From positions 224,001-288,000 of IMG/VR virus record IMGVR_UViG_3300042009_000026: a stretch of 64,000 bases of DNA; one strand, written 5' to 3'. Below the pieces are notes generated by a model. That model was not told the origin of the DNA. It saw nothing but the letters and a program-made list of their open reading frames with translations, and ran no database searches. The DNA comes from a virus. Its lineage: Duplodnaviria; Heunggongvirae; Uroviricota; Caudoviricetes. Shown one piece after another: positions 17,838 through 27,823 of the stretch. How positions within the stretch are numbered: the first letter of the stretch is position 1; the number at the start of each line of letters is the position of its first letter. The translations under genes were made by a program, and so were the position numbers.

Positions 17838-20800
17838 ATGGCTGAGTCAAATAAGAAGGGTATGATCTCAGGAATGGAGTCCCTGTTAACAATCAGTGGT
17901 GAAGAATTCCTTGAAGTCGTCCGTATGGAGACAGATGGTAGCTTCAAGAACTACCGATTGCTCATTTCCAAAATCCGTAACAATGCAGGTCTATCCGCTT
18001 ACGAGATCGCCATTCAAAATGGTTTCGTTGGTACCGTCGAGCAATGGCTAGCGTCACTCGAAGGTAAGACCGCATATCGAATCGCCGTGGACCTTGGGTT
18101 CATCGGTGATGAAGCCGCTTTTATTGCCTCTTTGAAAGGCGACAATGGCGCGGAAGGTAAGTCAATCTACGAGATCGCAATTGATACTGGGTTCGTAGGC
18201 ACCGAAGCAGATTTTCTAGACACGCTTGTAGGTAAGTCCGCTTACGAAACTTACTTAGGTCTTCCGGGTAATGCCGGTAAGACAGAAGCCGAATTTATCC
18301 TTTCGATTAAAGGCGTGAAGGGTGACACAGGCATTCAAGGTATCCAAGGGGAAGATGGTAAATCTGCATTCGAAGTATGGCAAGCCTTGCCGGGTAATAT
18401 CGGTAAAGATGAATCGGAGTACTTATACGCACTGACTGGTGCTGCTGGTGCTTCCGCTTATGAAATTGCTTTGGATGATGGCTTTGTTGGTTCTGAACTG
18501 CAGTGGCTTTCTTCCTTAGAAGGTCCTTCGGCATACGAAGTAGCTAAAGCGGCCAATCCTTCTATTCCTAGTGAAGCTGCATGGTTGGCTTCTTTGGTAG
18601 GTCCATCCGCATTTGCTGTTGCACAAGCGGCAGGATTTGTAGGTACAGAAGCACAATGGCTTGCTTCTTTGGTCGGTGATTCGGCGTATGAAGCTTGGTT
18701 AGCTGAAGGCAATGTTGGTTCAGAAGCACAGTTCCTGGAATCTCTTGAAGGTTCGGATGGTGTGAATGGTACCGATGGCGCTAACGGTGCTTCTGCTTAT
18801 CAGACCTGGCTCGGTCTGCCTGGTAATACCGGCAAAACAGAAGTTGAGTTTATCGCATCCATCAAAGGTGCGACAGGTAATGATGGCATAGACGGTATCA
18901 ATGGTGCCGATGGCGAATCGGCTTACCAAACTTGGTTGGCTTTACCTGGTAACGCTGGTAAGACAGAAGCAGAATTCATTGCTTCTTTGAAAGGCGCTGC
19001 TGGTACTAATGGAACGAATGGTCTCAATGGTAAGTCAGCTTATCAAGTTGCAGTTGAAGATGGTTTCCTCGGTTCTGAAGCCCAATGGCTAGAAAGCCTG
19101 GTTGGTCAAGAAGGTGCCATTGGCCCTGGTCTGAATGTTATTGACACCATTACACAAGAAGAATATGACGATATCGTTACTCAAGGCAATGCACTTGTTG
19201 GTGATGCCTACCTGGTCGAAACTTTCCTCTATGTCTACAATGGCACGAGTTGGGTTAAGTCTAATTCTATCCAAGGTCCAGAAGGCCAAGGTTTAAATTA
19301 TCTTGGTGAATGGCCTACTGCTATCGCCTTGCCACTTGATGTCAATTACGTCTCTGGTGATACTTACGTATGGCGGAGCTCATTGTGGACATTGGTAGAA
19401 CAACCTGATCGTAAATGGGTGGACATTGGTGTACCTGGTCCTCAAGGTAAATCCGCTTATCAAACTTGGCTGGAACTTCCAGGCAATGCTGGTAAGACAG
19501 AAGCAGAATTCATTGCATCACTCAAAGGCCCTAGTGGCGATGATGGTATCAATGGTCAGGATGGTACTAACGGTATCGATGGTGCTAAAGGCGATGATGG
19601 TGAGTCGGCTTACCAAGTTGCAGTACGTGATGGTTTCGTAGGAACCGAATTACAATGGCTTGCCTCCCTGAAAGGTGACCAGGGCGATCAAGGTATTCCT
19701 GCAGTAGCATTCGAAATCAAAGGTACACTTACCGATGTTTCAGAATTACCACGCCCTGGTAATGCTGCGGAAGCCTATTACGTTAACCGTGATTTGTATA
19801 TCTGGATCGTTGATGATGTTGTCCCGGCCAACTCCGACTATCAAAACTTCGGTTCTATTAATGGTGCTTCGGCATATGAGATCGCTGTTGAAGGTGGTTT
19901 TGTTGGTACTGAAGCGCAGTGGCTATTAACACTGAAAGGTACTGACGGGGTAGATGGCACTGACGGTACTAATGGTACAGATGGCCGCAATCTACAGGTC
20001 AAAGGTACCCAAGTTGATTTGGCTGCCATTCAAGCATTACCAACACCAGTCGATCAAGATGCATGGGTAGCATTGGACACAGGTCATCTGCATATCTACG
20101 TAACGGATACATGGATTGATGCTGGTCCTTTCCGTGGTGTGGATGGTACCGACGGCACTAACGGTGTCGATGGTGAATCTGCTTATGAAACCTATAAAGC
20201 CCTTCCGGGTAACTCAGGTAAAACTGAGGCTGAGTTTATCGCTTCGTTAAAAGGGGCAGATGGTGTTGATGGAACGAACGGTACTGACGGTCGTAATGTA
20301 ACTATTAAAGGTTCTGTTGCTAACGTTGGCGCTCTTCCTGGCGATGCTGTTGAACAAGATGCATGGACTACTCTGGACACTGGCATCCTGTACATGTGGA
20401 TTACTGGCGCATGGGTTAACCTAGGTCAGTTCCGCGGTGCTAAGGGTGACGATGGTATTCAGGGTATTGTCGGTAATGATGGTGCTCCAGGTATCGGTAT
20501 CGTTATCAAAGGTGAAGTAAACGTAATTGGGGATCTACCTGATCCATCAACTGCTGATCCAGGTGATGCGTACTACGTAGTTGCAGATAACAAACTGTAC
20601 CAAGTAAACGATGCTAACCTCTACGGCCCTGGTATTACTATTGTCGGCCCTCCGGGTGCTGATGGTATCCAAGGCATTCAAGGCCCTGCTGGTACCTCGA
20701 TCTCCATCATGGGATCTTACGCTACCGAATCGGCTCTGATTGCTGCGCATCCTACAGGTGTTGCTGGTGAAGGTTATTTGGTTGGTGACGATCTATACCT

Positions 20801-21920
20801 CTACGGTGTTAACCCAGTAGGTGGTGCTACCGAATGGTACAATGCTGGTCCTGTACGTGGTCCTAAAGGTGATCCTGGTATTCAGGGTATCCAAGGCTTG
20901 CGTGGTATCCAAGGTCTGACTGGTGAACGTGGTGCATTGTGGCTGACTCTACCAGATGGTGTTGAAGTTCCTACATCTGGCTATGGTCGCGAAGGTGATT
21001 GGGCAGTTAGTGATAACTTCGATACTTTCTACAAAGCTCCAGGCACAGGCTGGGTTCAGATCGGTCGTCTGGTAGCTGGTGATGTTAATTCACCACTGGG
21101 TAGTTTGGGTAAAGTAGTCCGTCTGGGTACCTCATGGGTAGCATTGCCTGTTGATGAAGTTCCTAATCTGGAAACAGGTAAGATCTACGCTCGTCAACTC
21201 AAAGCAGGTGAAACTGATTTGGGTGAATGGGTTGAAGTTACTTTCCCTGCATTCCCAGAACCAGCTGCTGATGATAAGCTTTACGCTCGTCGTCTTGCTA
21301 CTGGTCAGACTATCGGCGGTTGGGTAGAAGTACCTGGTGGTATTGCTGATCTGGTGACTAAAGATAACAAGCAATACATCCGTACCTTCGAGACTGCTGA
21401 CTCTGCTCCGAAATGGAAAGAGGTAGTTATCCCGGCTGGTATCGGTGAAGCTCCAACTACTGCGGGCAAAGTTTATTTGCGTAGTGGCCAGAACAACAAC
21501 TGGGTAGAATACGTTGCTCCTGCTGCTGGTATTGCTGAGGCTCCAACTGATGGTAAACAGTACATCCGTAAGAACTCAGCATGGGTGTCATTTGATCGTT
21601 ACGATCTCCCAGTTACTTCAATCTCTGCAACCGCTACTATTGATCCATTAGTAACTGCGTATATTGATGTAGATAACACTGGAGCCACAGCTAAGACCCT
21701 GACACTAAGTCCGGGTACCACTGGTCGTGCACAAACAGTAGCCATGTTAATTCGCGGCGCTGCAGGCACGATTACTTTCGCAGCAAATGGTGGTGCGGCA
21801 CTTGGTTGGAACACAGGTACGCCTCCATCATTCACTGGTGCGAAAACAGTACTGACATTCCTTTGGACTGGTTCGACTGCTACTGGTTGGATTGGTGCCC
21901 AAGGTGCAGTAGTACCTTAG
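17838..21920 (+). CDS. Collagen-like long tail fibre/scaffold with SAYE repeats, knob repeats and tandem foldon-like motifs
   Basis: MISGMESLLTISGEE anchor. 16 SAY(E/Q)...G(F/N).G.E..(W/F)(L/I).SL.G repeats, G-X-Y runs, and C-terminal GIAEAPTDGKQYIRKNSAWV. Confidence 0.85.
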   Translation: MAESNKKGMISGMESLLTISGEEFLEVVRMETDGSFKNYRLLISKIRNNAGLSAYEIAIQNGFVGTVEQWLASLEGKTAYRIAVDLGFIGDEAAFIASLKGDNGAEGKSIYEIAIDTGFVGTEADFLDTLVGKSAYETYLGLPGNAGKTEAEFILSIKGVKGDTGIQGIQGEDGKSAFEVWQALPGNIGKDESEYLYALTGAAGASAYEIALDDGFVGSELQWLSSLEGPSAYEVAKAANPSIPSEAAWLASLVGPSAFAVAQAAGFVGTEAQWLASLVGDSAYEAWLAEGNVGSEAQFLESLEGSDGVNGTDGANGASAYQTWLGLPGNTGKTEVEFIASIKGATGNDGIDGINGADGESAYQTWLALPGNAGKTEAEFIASLKGAAGTNGTNGLNGKSAYQVAVEDGFLGSEAQWLESLVGQEGAIGPGLNVIDTITQEEYDDIVTQGNALVGDAYLVETFLYVYNGTSWVKSNSIQGPEGQGLNYLGEWPTAIALPLDVNYVSGDTYVWRSSLWTLVEQPDRKWVDIGVPGPQGKSAYQTWLELPGNAGKTEAEFIASLKGPSGDDGINGQDGTNGIDGAKGDDGESAYQVAVRDGFVGTELQWLASLKGDQGDQGIPAVAFEIKGTLTDVSELPRPGNAAEAYYVNRDLYIWIVDDVVPANSDYQNFGSINGASAYEIAVEGGFVGTEAQWLLTLKGTDGVDGTDGTNGTDGRNLQVKGTQVDLAAIQALPTPVDQDAWVALDTGHLHIYVTDTWIDAGPFRGVDGTDGTNGVDGESAYETYKALPGNSGKTEAEFIASLKGADGVDGTNGTDGRNVTIKGSVANVGALPGDAVEQDAWTTLDTGILYMWITGAWVNLGQFRGAKGDDGIQGIVGNDGAPGIGIVIKGEVNVIGDLPDPSTADPGDAYYVVADNKLYQVNDANLYGPGITIVGPPGADGIQGIQGPAGTSISIMGSYATESALIAAHPTGVAGEGYLVGDDLYLYGVNPVGGATEWYNAGPVRGPKGDPGIQGIQGLRGIQGLTGERGALWLTLPDGVEVPTSGYGREGDWAVSDNFDTFYKAPGTGWVQIGRLVAGDVNSPLGSLGKVVRLGTSWVALPVDEVPNLETGKIYARQLKAGETDLGEWVEVTFPAFPEPAADDKLYARRLATGQTIGGWVEVPGGIADLVTKDNKQYIRTFETADSAPKWKEVVIPAGIGEAPTTAGKVYLRSGQNNNWVEYVAPAAGIAEAPTDGKQYIRKNSAWVSFDRYDLPVTSISATATIDPLVTAYIDVDNTGATAKTLTLSPGTTGRAQTVAMLIRGAAGTITFAANGGAALGWNTGTPPSFTGAKTVLTFLWTGSTATGWIGAQGAVVP

Positions 21921-21924
21921 TAAA

Positions 21925-21956
21925 CATAAGCCTCCCTTTGCGGGGAGGCACTTATG
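21925..21956. terminator. CATA-hairpin-TATG element
   Basis: CATAA-GCCTCCC-TTTGCG-GGGAGGC-ACTTATG. Confidence 0.65.
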
Positions 21957-21999
21957 TTATTTTATGAATCATTAACAAATACGTTCTCAAGGAACTAAC

Positions 22000-22650
22000 A
22001 TGACTACAGTCAATCGTACTACCCGTCTGATCGAATCAGATAGCGGCGATTATCCTCTTTACTTAGCTGATCTTCCTTCGCGCGTACCGAATACTTCATT
22101 CCCACAAGTGGTAGATTCCGAGATTCTTTTTGAATTCGGATATGAACCAGTACTAGATGTTGAAGTCCCAGTTAACGATGTGGTTACAGAAGGTGCACCC
22201 GAGCTCCGTGATGGTAGTTGGTATCGTGTCTACAATGCACGTGCATTTAATGAGACCGAAGTAAATACCAATCTAGCTGCCGCTAAAGCTGCATTGAAAA
22301 CACAAGCAGAAGCTAAACGTGTAGCTGATTTTGAAAAAGGTTTTCCTTACCAATTCGGTGAGCAAATCTATCATGTACAGATTCGACCTACTGATCGACA
22401 GAACATCACAGCCTTACGGGTTATTGCAAAAGAAGCAGTAGCTGCCGAAGTGCCAATGCCTATCAACTTTCGTGTCTATGAAAACGTAAGTGTTACCTTG
22501 ACCGCTGCTGAGATGGTAGATGTAGCTAATGCTACTTTCAGTAAGGTAAGTGAAGGCTATGAGGTCATTTGGACTTTCAAAGATCAAGTAGACGCAGCTA
22601 CGACTATTGCGGAATTGCCTGTACTCCCATCCGAATTGTTTACTTTGTAA
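22000..22650 (+). CDS. Tail fibre assembly-associated protein (DUF4376-like)
   Basis: Directly after the fibre gene. The C-terminal half (QIRPTDRQNI...FRVYEN..VTLTAAEM...KDQVDAATT..EL) fits the DUF4376 pattern. Confidence 0.65.
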   Translation: MTTVNRTTRLIESDSGDYPLYLADLPSRVPNTSFPQVVDSEILFEFGYEPVLDVEVPVNDVVTEGAPELRDGSWYRVYNARAFNETEVNTNLAAAKAALKTQAEAKRVADFEKGFPYQFGEQIYHVQIRPTDRQNITALRVIAKEAVAAEVPMPINFRVYENVSVTLTAAEMVDVANATFSKVSEGYEVIWTFKDQVDAATTIAELPVLPSELFTL

Positions 22651-22712
22651 ACATTAGTCTTCCCCGCACAGGTGAGACTTTATACATGTAATACTTAAAC
22701 AGGAGATTACGT

Positions 22713-23702
22713 ATGTTTGAAATGCTCCTATATCCTGGAAGTCAAGGGCAACAATATTTCCCTAATTCCGGTCCTGGTCGCAAAACCCTAAAAGCTGGTA
22801 ATGAGGAAATAGGTTATTTTGGAACTTTGTCTTCTGTTGAATTATTCCAGGGATGGGAAGTCAGTAGTGCTTTAGGATTTACTGCTGGGTTAGTCAACAA
22901 AGAAACAGATAACACATGGATGAAATTTGTTTACCACGGGAAGTTTCTTTTCGTGTGTAAAGAATATACCCGCTATAACCTATCATGGGATGATGTTTAT
23001 AAAGCGGGCGCGATGTATGGTCTTAAGGGCAATGGTCCTTACCCTGTTTCTGGTTTTCCAAAAGACCAATGGACTGTAATGGTTAAAGAAGAATCAGGTG
23101 TTTCCATCCCTTGGAAGTTAGTGCCCCGTACCATCCGAGGAACAAGCGTTGATCCTTATGTTGGTGTTGACTATACTGCATTTGGATTGGCAGAAGGAAA
23201 CGAACACAACGATTTGATTTTTCGTTTATTAACCGATGGTGCGAATAGTCGACCTAATACGGGTATCTTTGAAAAATGGCCAGGTGCAGATTTAGGTATT
23301 AATGGGAACACTAACCATGGCTTCATCCAAGAGACATCTGCTTCTAACGTAGCTAACTCAATGGTACGTGGTCCAACAGGTGCAACTCTCAATCTACCAA
23401 AAGCCACTGTTCGTGCAACTACCGATGGTTGGCGCCCAGTGTTGGAATTGGTTGGGGATGATAATGCTTTCAACCCATACCGGTTATATCAGGAATATAC
23501 TGGTAACCAAGGTCCCCTTAGTGTTGCTGGTCAATTCGTAAATGTGGTATATAGTCCAACTCAATTCAGGGTTACTGATGGGGCTACTATCTTAGCACCT
23601 GCTGTCCAGTCAGTAACATTCGTGGACTATGTACGTAGACCGCAGAACCTATCGGTAGCTAATCCGATCTATCCCGTGTCCATGACTTTCACACGTACCT
23701 AA
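22713..23702 (+). CDS. Virion baseplate/fibre protein, phiKZ gp131-like paralogue 1
   Basis: GPG..TL..G....GYFG...W.KF...GK.LF...SW..Y.AG.MYG core shared with the next three genes. Confidence 0.65.
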   Translation: MFEMLLYPGSQGQQYFPNSGPGRKTLKAGNEEIGYFGTLSSVELFQGWEVSSALGFTAGLVNKETDNTWMKFVYHGKFLFVCKEYTRYNLSWDDVYKAGAMYGLKGNGPYPVSGFPKDQWTVMVKEESGVSIPWKLVPRTIRGTSVDPYVGVDYTAFGLAEGNEHNDLIFRLLTDGANSRPNTGIFEKWPGADLGINGNTNHGFIQETSASNVANSMVRGPTGATLNLPKATVRATTDGWRPVLELVGDDNAFNPYRLYQEYTGNQGPLSVAGQFVNVVYSPTQFRVTDGATILAPAVQSVTFVDYVRRPQNLSVANPIYPVSMTFTRT

Positions 23703-23712
23703 GGAATGAAAT

Positions 23713-24654
23713 ATGAACTTAAAACTTATCTGGACAGATATCAACACTGTAGACGTTACAATTAATATCTATCGCAGCGAAACAACAATTGATACAGCTA
23801 ACCTTCCTGCGCCTGTAGCTACGTTAACTGCGGGTGAAGAAACATGGACCGATCCGGATGCTGTTCGTGGACGTTATTACTACTACGTCTTTAAAACCAC
23901 GAGTGCTGTAGATACTGTAACATCTGCCAACTATCGTATTCAAGCAGTTCCACGATTAGGTCCTGGACCATCCGAATTGAAATATGGTGATTATAACTAC
24001 GGTTATTTTGGGTCTATTCCATCTAACGAATTCATTAACACTGCTAACTTACGTAGTGCAGTGAACTTCCAAGCTGGACCTGGTAACAATGCTGCTCCAA
24101 CATGGCACAAGTACGTACGTAATGGTACTGTATATTTTGTACCTAATACTTGCTTGGGGCAATCGGTGCAATGGACCGAGATTTATGCGGCTGGTATCAT
24201 GTTTGGTATCACTGGATCAGGACCTCATCGAAATGGCGCTACTGCAACAGATCAACGTAAGACAGTGACCATTGGTTCCGATGTCTTCATTGTGCGATGC
24301 ATGAAAGGTTATAGTGATGATGCCACACGTATTGTACCAAATGCCACGGTCAACGAACCTGCTGAATATTCTAATGAATTTAATGATTTTATTTATCCTC
24401 TCGTTAAATTTGTTCCAGCTGCACAACGCTTAGTTAACATTGCTGCGCAAGGAGTTCAAGAAACATTACCTGGCCCATGGAACGGTTATACAAGTGTGGC
24501 TATCCAAGAACTTAGTGACAGTGGTTCTTTGCCTGTAGTTCGACGTGGCGGTGCTTTTGAAACCCGTACAGGTTTAGCCCAGCGATCCAGTAACACCAAC
24601 GCCTATCTATGTTCATGGTATCCAATTTTGGAACTAGTAGCACCAGCTATCTAA
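23713..24654 (+). CDS. Virion baseplate/fibre protein paralogue 2 (FN3-like N-terminus)
   Basis: W....IYRS...LPAP.ATL...WTD...YYY N-domain plus the GPGP..L..G...GYFG core. Confidence 0.65.
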   Translation: MNLKLIWTDINTVDVTINIYRSETTIDTANLPAPVATLTAGEETWTDPDAVRGRYYYYVFKTTSAVDTVTSANYRIQAVPRLGPGPSELKYGDYNYGYFGSIPSNEFINTANLRSAVNFQAGPGNNAAPTWHKYVRNGTVYFVPNTCLGQSVQWTEIYAAGIMFGITGSGPHRNGATATDQRKTVTIGSDVFIVRCMKGYSDDATRIVPNATVNEPAEYSNEFNDFIYPLVKFVPAAQRLVNIAAQGVQETLPGPWNGYTSVAIQELSDSGSLPVVRRGGAFETRTGLAQRSSNTNAYLCSWYPILELVAPAI

Positions 24655-24664
24655 GTGAGGCAAC

Positions 24665-25588
24665 ATGTCAATTACAATTAACTGGCCTGCCACTAACGTA
24701 GGGGTAGCGACAGAAGTACGTATCTACGCTTCTACGGCCAAGATTCCTGATGATACATTACCTGCACCTATTGCCACATTAGCTGGGACAGCAACTTCCT
24801 TTGTATGGTCGTCACCTCCTACTGATAACACGGTATATTACTTTCGAATCGCAATTGATCGTGGAGCAGATTCTTGGCTTAGTGATAACCAGCCCTATGG
24901 TTATTTCTCTACCACTGGACCAGGTTTACAACAACCTGTCCGGGGTAGTTGGGAATTGGGTTACTTTGGACGTGTTCCAGTAGCGGATATGATCTCCGGT
25001 TCAGCTCTAAGAACAGCAATAGGTGCCGGAGCTATTGGTACCGCAATCGCTGATTCTAACATTACGTACTATTACAAATTTGTAAGAGAAGGTAAGATTC
25101 TGTTTTATCCAGCTGGTGCCATTATTACTACTGTAACATGGGACCAGTTATATAACCTCGGTCTGGTGTATGGTACAGATGACAATGGTGCTTATCCAGT
25201 AGGTGCAGCCTTAACTCCAACTAACCAAAAGAAACTGATCACTATCGGTGCTTTTAGTTTCTTGGCCCGTTGTCCGAAAGGCTCTACGTTACCAACTACC
25301 ACATTGGTGACTACTGCAACAGCAGATAAAGAAGGCTCAGAATGGGACCAAACCATGGGTCGTGTGAATCCGAATGCTACGTTGTCATGGAACACCAGTA
25401 TCATGCAAGATGACAACGTAACTATTCCGGCTACTACGCAAGGTACTATTACACAACATTTGTTGGTTGCTAGTGGTACACCTAAGACAGCACTGCATCG
25501 CGGTTCAGCAGCAATTGATGCAATTAACCAAGTGGGCACTGGTACAGCCAGCTATGGCTATGCTCCTTTTCTTGAGCTACAATTTTGA
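24665..25588 (+). CDS. Virion baseplate/fibre protein paralogue 3
   Basis: Same FN3-like plus GPG/GYFG core. Ends in PFLEL. Confidence 0.65.
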   Translation: MSITINWPATNVGVATEVRIYASTAKIPDDTLPAPIATLAGTATSFVWSSPPTDNTVYYFRIAIDRGADSWLSDNQPYGYFSTTGPGLQQPVRGSWELGYFGRVPVADMISGSALRTAIGAGAIGTAIADSNITYYYKFVREGKILFYPAGAIITTVTWDQLYNLGLVYGTDDNGAYPVGAALTPTNQKKLITIGAFSFLARCPKGSTLPTTTLVTTATADKEGSEWDQTMGRVNPNATLSWNTSIMQDDNVTIPATTQGTITQHLLVASGTPKTALHRGSAAIDAINQVGTGTASYGYAPFLELQF

Positions 25589-25598
25589 GGTTTGAACG

Positions 25599-26531
25599 AT
25601 GCCAATTAAACTAGATTGGATTGATCACAACGTCTCGGCAGATAGTCGTAACGTCTACCGATCGACGTCCAAGATCGATCAGGGTAACCTTGGTGTACCT
25701 TTGGTATCATTACCAGGTGACGCCTTGACTTATACTGACAACACCGTGCAACGTGGTGTGACTTATCATTACGTTGTCACCAGTGTTCAGGGTACAGATG
25801 AAGCCCCATCTGCCGAATATGTGATCGCTTATATCCCATATACCGGACCTGGGCCACAGACCTTAGTTCGTGGTACGTGGGACTATGGTTATTTTGGGCG
25901 AGTTCCATTAGAAGATATCTTCTCTTCCACTGAGTTGGTTAAGGGGTGTAATCTGGCCGGAAGTATTACCATCAACACGACTGCTGGTAACTACTGGCAC
26001 AAAGTGGTATACGCTGGAAAGATCTTATTCTTCCCTAATAACTCAATTGGTACAGGGATTTCATACCAGACGTTGTATAACGCTGGATTAGTTTTTGGCG
26101 CTAGACCAAGTTCTGAATGGCCAGCTGCAATCAAAACGCAGTTAGGTACAATAGCACAGAATTTTGTAATTAGTTCTGGTACCCATCGATTTGTAGTAAG
26201 GTTACCTACTTCGCGGTCTAACATGGCCAGTACTAGTGTAGTGGCTACAGATCTACGTGGTGGTGAAGTTGATGCTGTATTTGCAGGCTTCTACATTGGT
26301 CGTGATTTCAATGATGCGAAGCTTCCGCAATTCGATGATTGCACTACTCCATTAGCTAACGGTAACTATTACCATACAGCTGATTATTACGATGGGGCTA
26401 GTCCTAACGCTAACGCCATTTTCAGATTCGGTTCCACTGGTTCGGTAATTGATAGCTTGCCTACTAAATTCTTACTTACTAACCCATCTACTTCTTTCTA
26501 TTGGAAACCAGTATTAGAGTTAGTCTATTAA
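25599..26531 (+). CDS. Virion baseplate/fibre protein paralogue 4
   Basis: Same FN3-like plus GPG/GYFG core. Ends in WKPVLELV. Confidence 0.65.
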   Translation: MPIKLDWIDHNVSADSRNVYRSTSKIDQGNLGVPLVSLPGDALTYTDNTVQRGVTYHYVVTSVQGTDEAPSAEYVIAYIPYTGPGPQTLVRGTWDYGYFGRVPLEDIFSSTELVKGCNLAGSITINTTAGNYWHKVVYAGKILFFPNNSIGTGISYQTLYNAGLVFGARPSSEWPAAIKTQLGTIAQNFVISSGTHRFVVRLPTSRSNMASTSVVATDLRGGEVDAVFAGFYIGRDFNDAKLPQFDDCTTPLANGNYYHTADYYDGASPNANAIFRFGSTGSVIDSLPTKFLLTNPSTSFYWKPVLELVY

Positions 26532-26535
26532 GCGG

Positions 26536-26568
26536 CATAAAGCCTTCCCGTTGGGGAAGGCTAATATG
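26536..26568. terminator. Bidirectional CATA-hairpin-TATG element between convergent genes
   Basis: CATAA-AGCCTTCCC-GTTG-GGGAAGGCT-AATATG. Confidence 0.75.
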
Positions 26569-26573
26569 TCGTC

Positions 26574-27344
26574 TCACTCTGAAAAGCCTTCCACATCTGA
26601 AGGGTTAGGCTCATCAGATTTAGGCTTACCTTTAATATCAATTAGACTGAAGTATCGGGTGTCAATGTAGTTGATATCCATGTTGTGCTGTGTAACTAAA
26701 CGGAAACGGAACAAATCATGTTTCCGTTCTTCTATAGTTAGTTCAGCTGGATCACGATCAAATAACTTTGGATGCACGACGTTAAAGTCGGACATCAGGG
26801 TTCCTACGATTGCAACATGATGATACTTAAACCATTCGGCAAATTCGTAGATAATCATTCCACCGAATTCATCAGCTAAACGTTCAACAGTTAGTTCATG
26901 AATATGGTAGTCCACTAGTTTAACGTTTAATTCAGAACCATACTTCTCCTGGATAATACGTACCAGTTCAGAACGTTCGGCAGGAGACAATACATAAGGG
27001 GCTACATTGATAGCCAGACCAATTTCATCTGTGTGCTTGGTCATGCCATCCATCATATTGATGTCAGCTTCTGCCAGCAATTGATAAAGGAATGGCGCCA
27101 TACCCGTTTCGAAACTTTCATTCAGTGTCTTAGCTGTATTACTACCACCTCGTAATTCATAAGCCTCACGGAATTGATCATTAGTAACCAATCCACCCGT
27201 TAATGCAAACCAATCATCGTAATCGCGTTCCCAGTAAAGAGGATTCATTACTAGTGCTTCAGCGGCTTTCTTATTGATACCCGCCATGACACCTAAACGG
27301 GTATCTAACAAGACATCCAATCCAATCAACATTCGTCTGATCAT
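26574..27344 (-). CDS. Hypothetical jumbo-phage protein
   Basis: 256-aa ORF with ATGA overlap to the upstream gene. The GLDVLLDTR N-terminus is HAD-like but degenerate. Confidence 0.7.
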   Translation of the reverse strand: MIRRMLIGLDVLLDTRLGVMAGINKKAAEALVMNPLYWERDYDDWFALTGGLVTNDQFREAYELRGGSNTAKTLNESFETGMAPFLYQLLAEADINMMDGMTKHTDEIGLAINVAPYVLSPAERSELVRIIQEKYGSELNVKLVDYHIHELTVERLADEFGGMIIYEFAEWFKYHHVAIVGTLMSDFNVVHPKLFDRDPAELTIEERKHDLFRFRLVTQHNMDINYIDTRYFSLIDIKGKPKSDEPNPSDVEGFSE

Positions 27345-27823
27345 CGTGGTGCCTTATTCAAACCATGTTTGACTAGTACACCCACAGTATCCCGCTCAAG
27401 CGTTGAAGCAGCGCAAAGCATAAAGAGCCATGGGTTATCTGTTAGAATGGCTGCCAGTGAGCCTACAGGAGCTTGACGGGACAATGTAGTCGTGTCAACA
27501 ACGTTAGACTTGGTATTGTACATGTCTGTACGGAAACAGAAGTGATTAATTGCCCCTGTGACATCATCTAGTTCCTGCATAAAGGAAGTAGTAGCTGACA
27601 TCAGCAAGATATAAAACTCAGGGATGTTACGGATATCATCAAAGACACGACGGACAAAAGATTCATTCTTGCCTTCACGCAGTAAATGATGAACTCGGAT
27701 ATTAGTGATGACTTGGATTAGGTTAGTGAGCATAGACTTTTCACCGACAGGGTTCAAAGCGATAAACTCTTCCAACCCTTCCACCCAGGCTTTCCGGATG
27801 GAATCAGTTAGACGTGGATTCAT
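27341..27823 (-). CDS. Hypothetical protein
   Basis: 160-aa ORF coupled by ATGA overlaps at both ends. Confidence 0.7.
   Translation of the reverse strand: MNPRLTDSIRKAWVEGLEEFIALNPVGEKSMLTNLIQVITNIRVHHLLREGKNESFVRRVFDDIRNIPEFYILLMSATTSFMQELDDVTGAINHFCFRTDMYNTKSNVVDTTTLSRQAPVGSLAAILTDNPWLFMLCAASTLERDTVGVLVKHGLNKAPR

Noticed and set aside
17990-20300. CRISPR-like or DNA-level repeat array
   Set aside because: The repeats are protein-level, synonymously diverged and in frame. There is no repeat-spacer structure.
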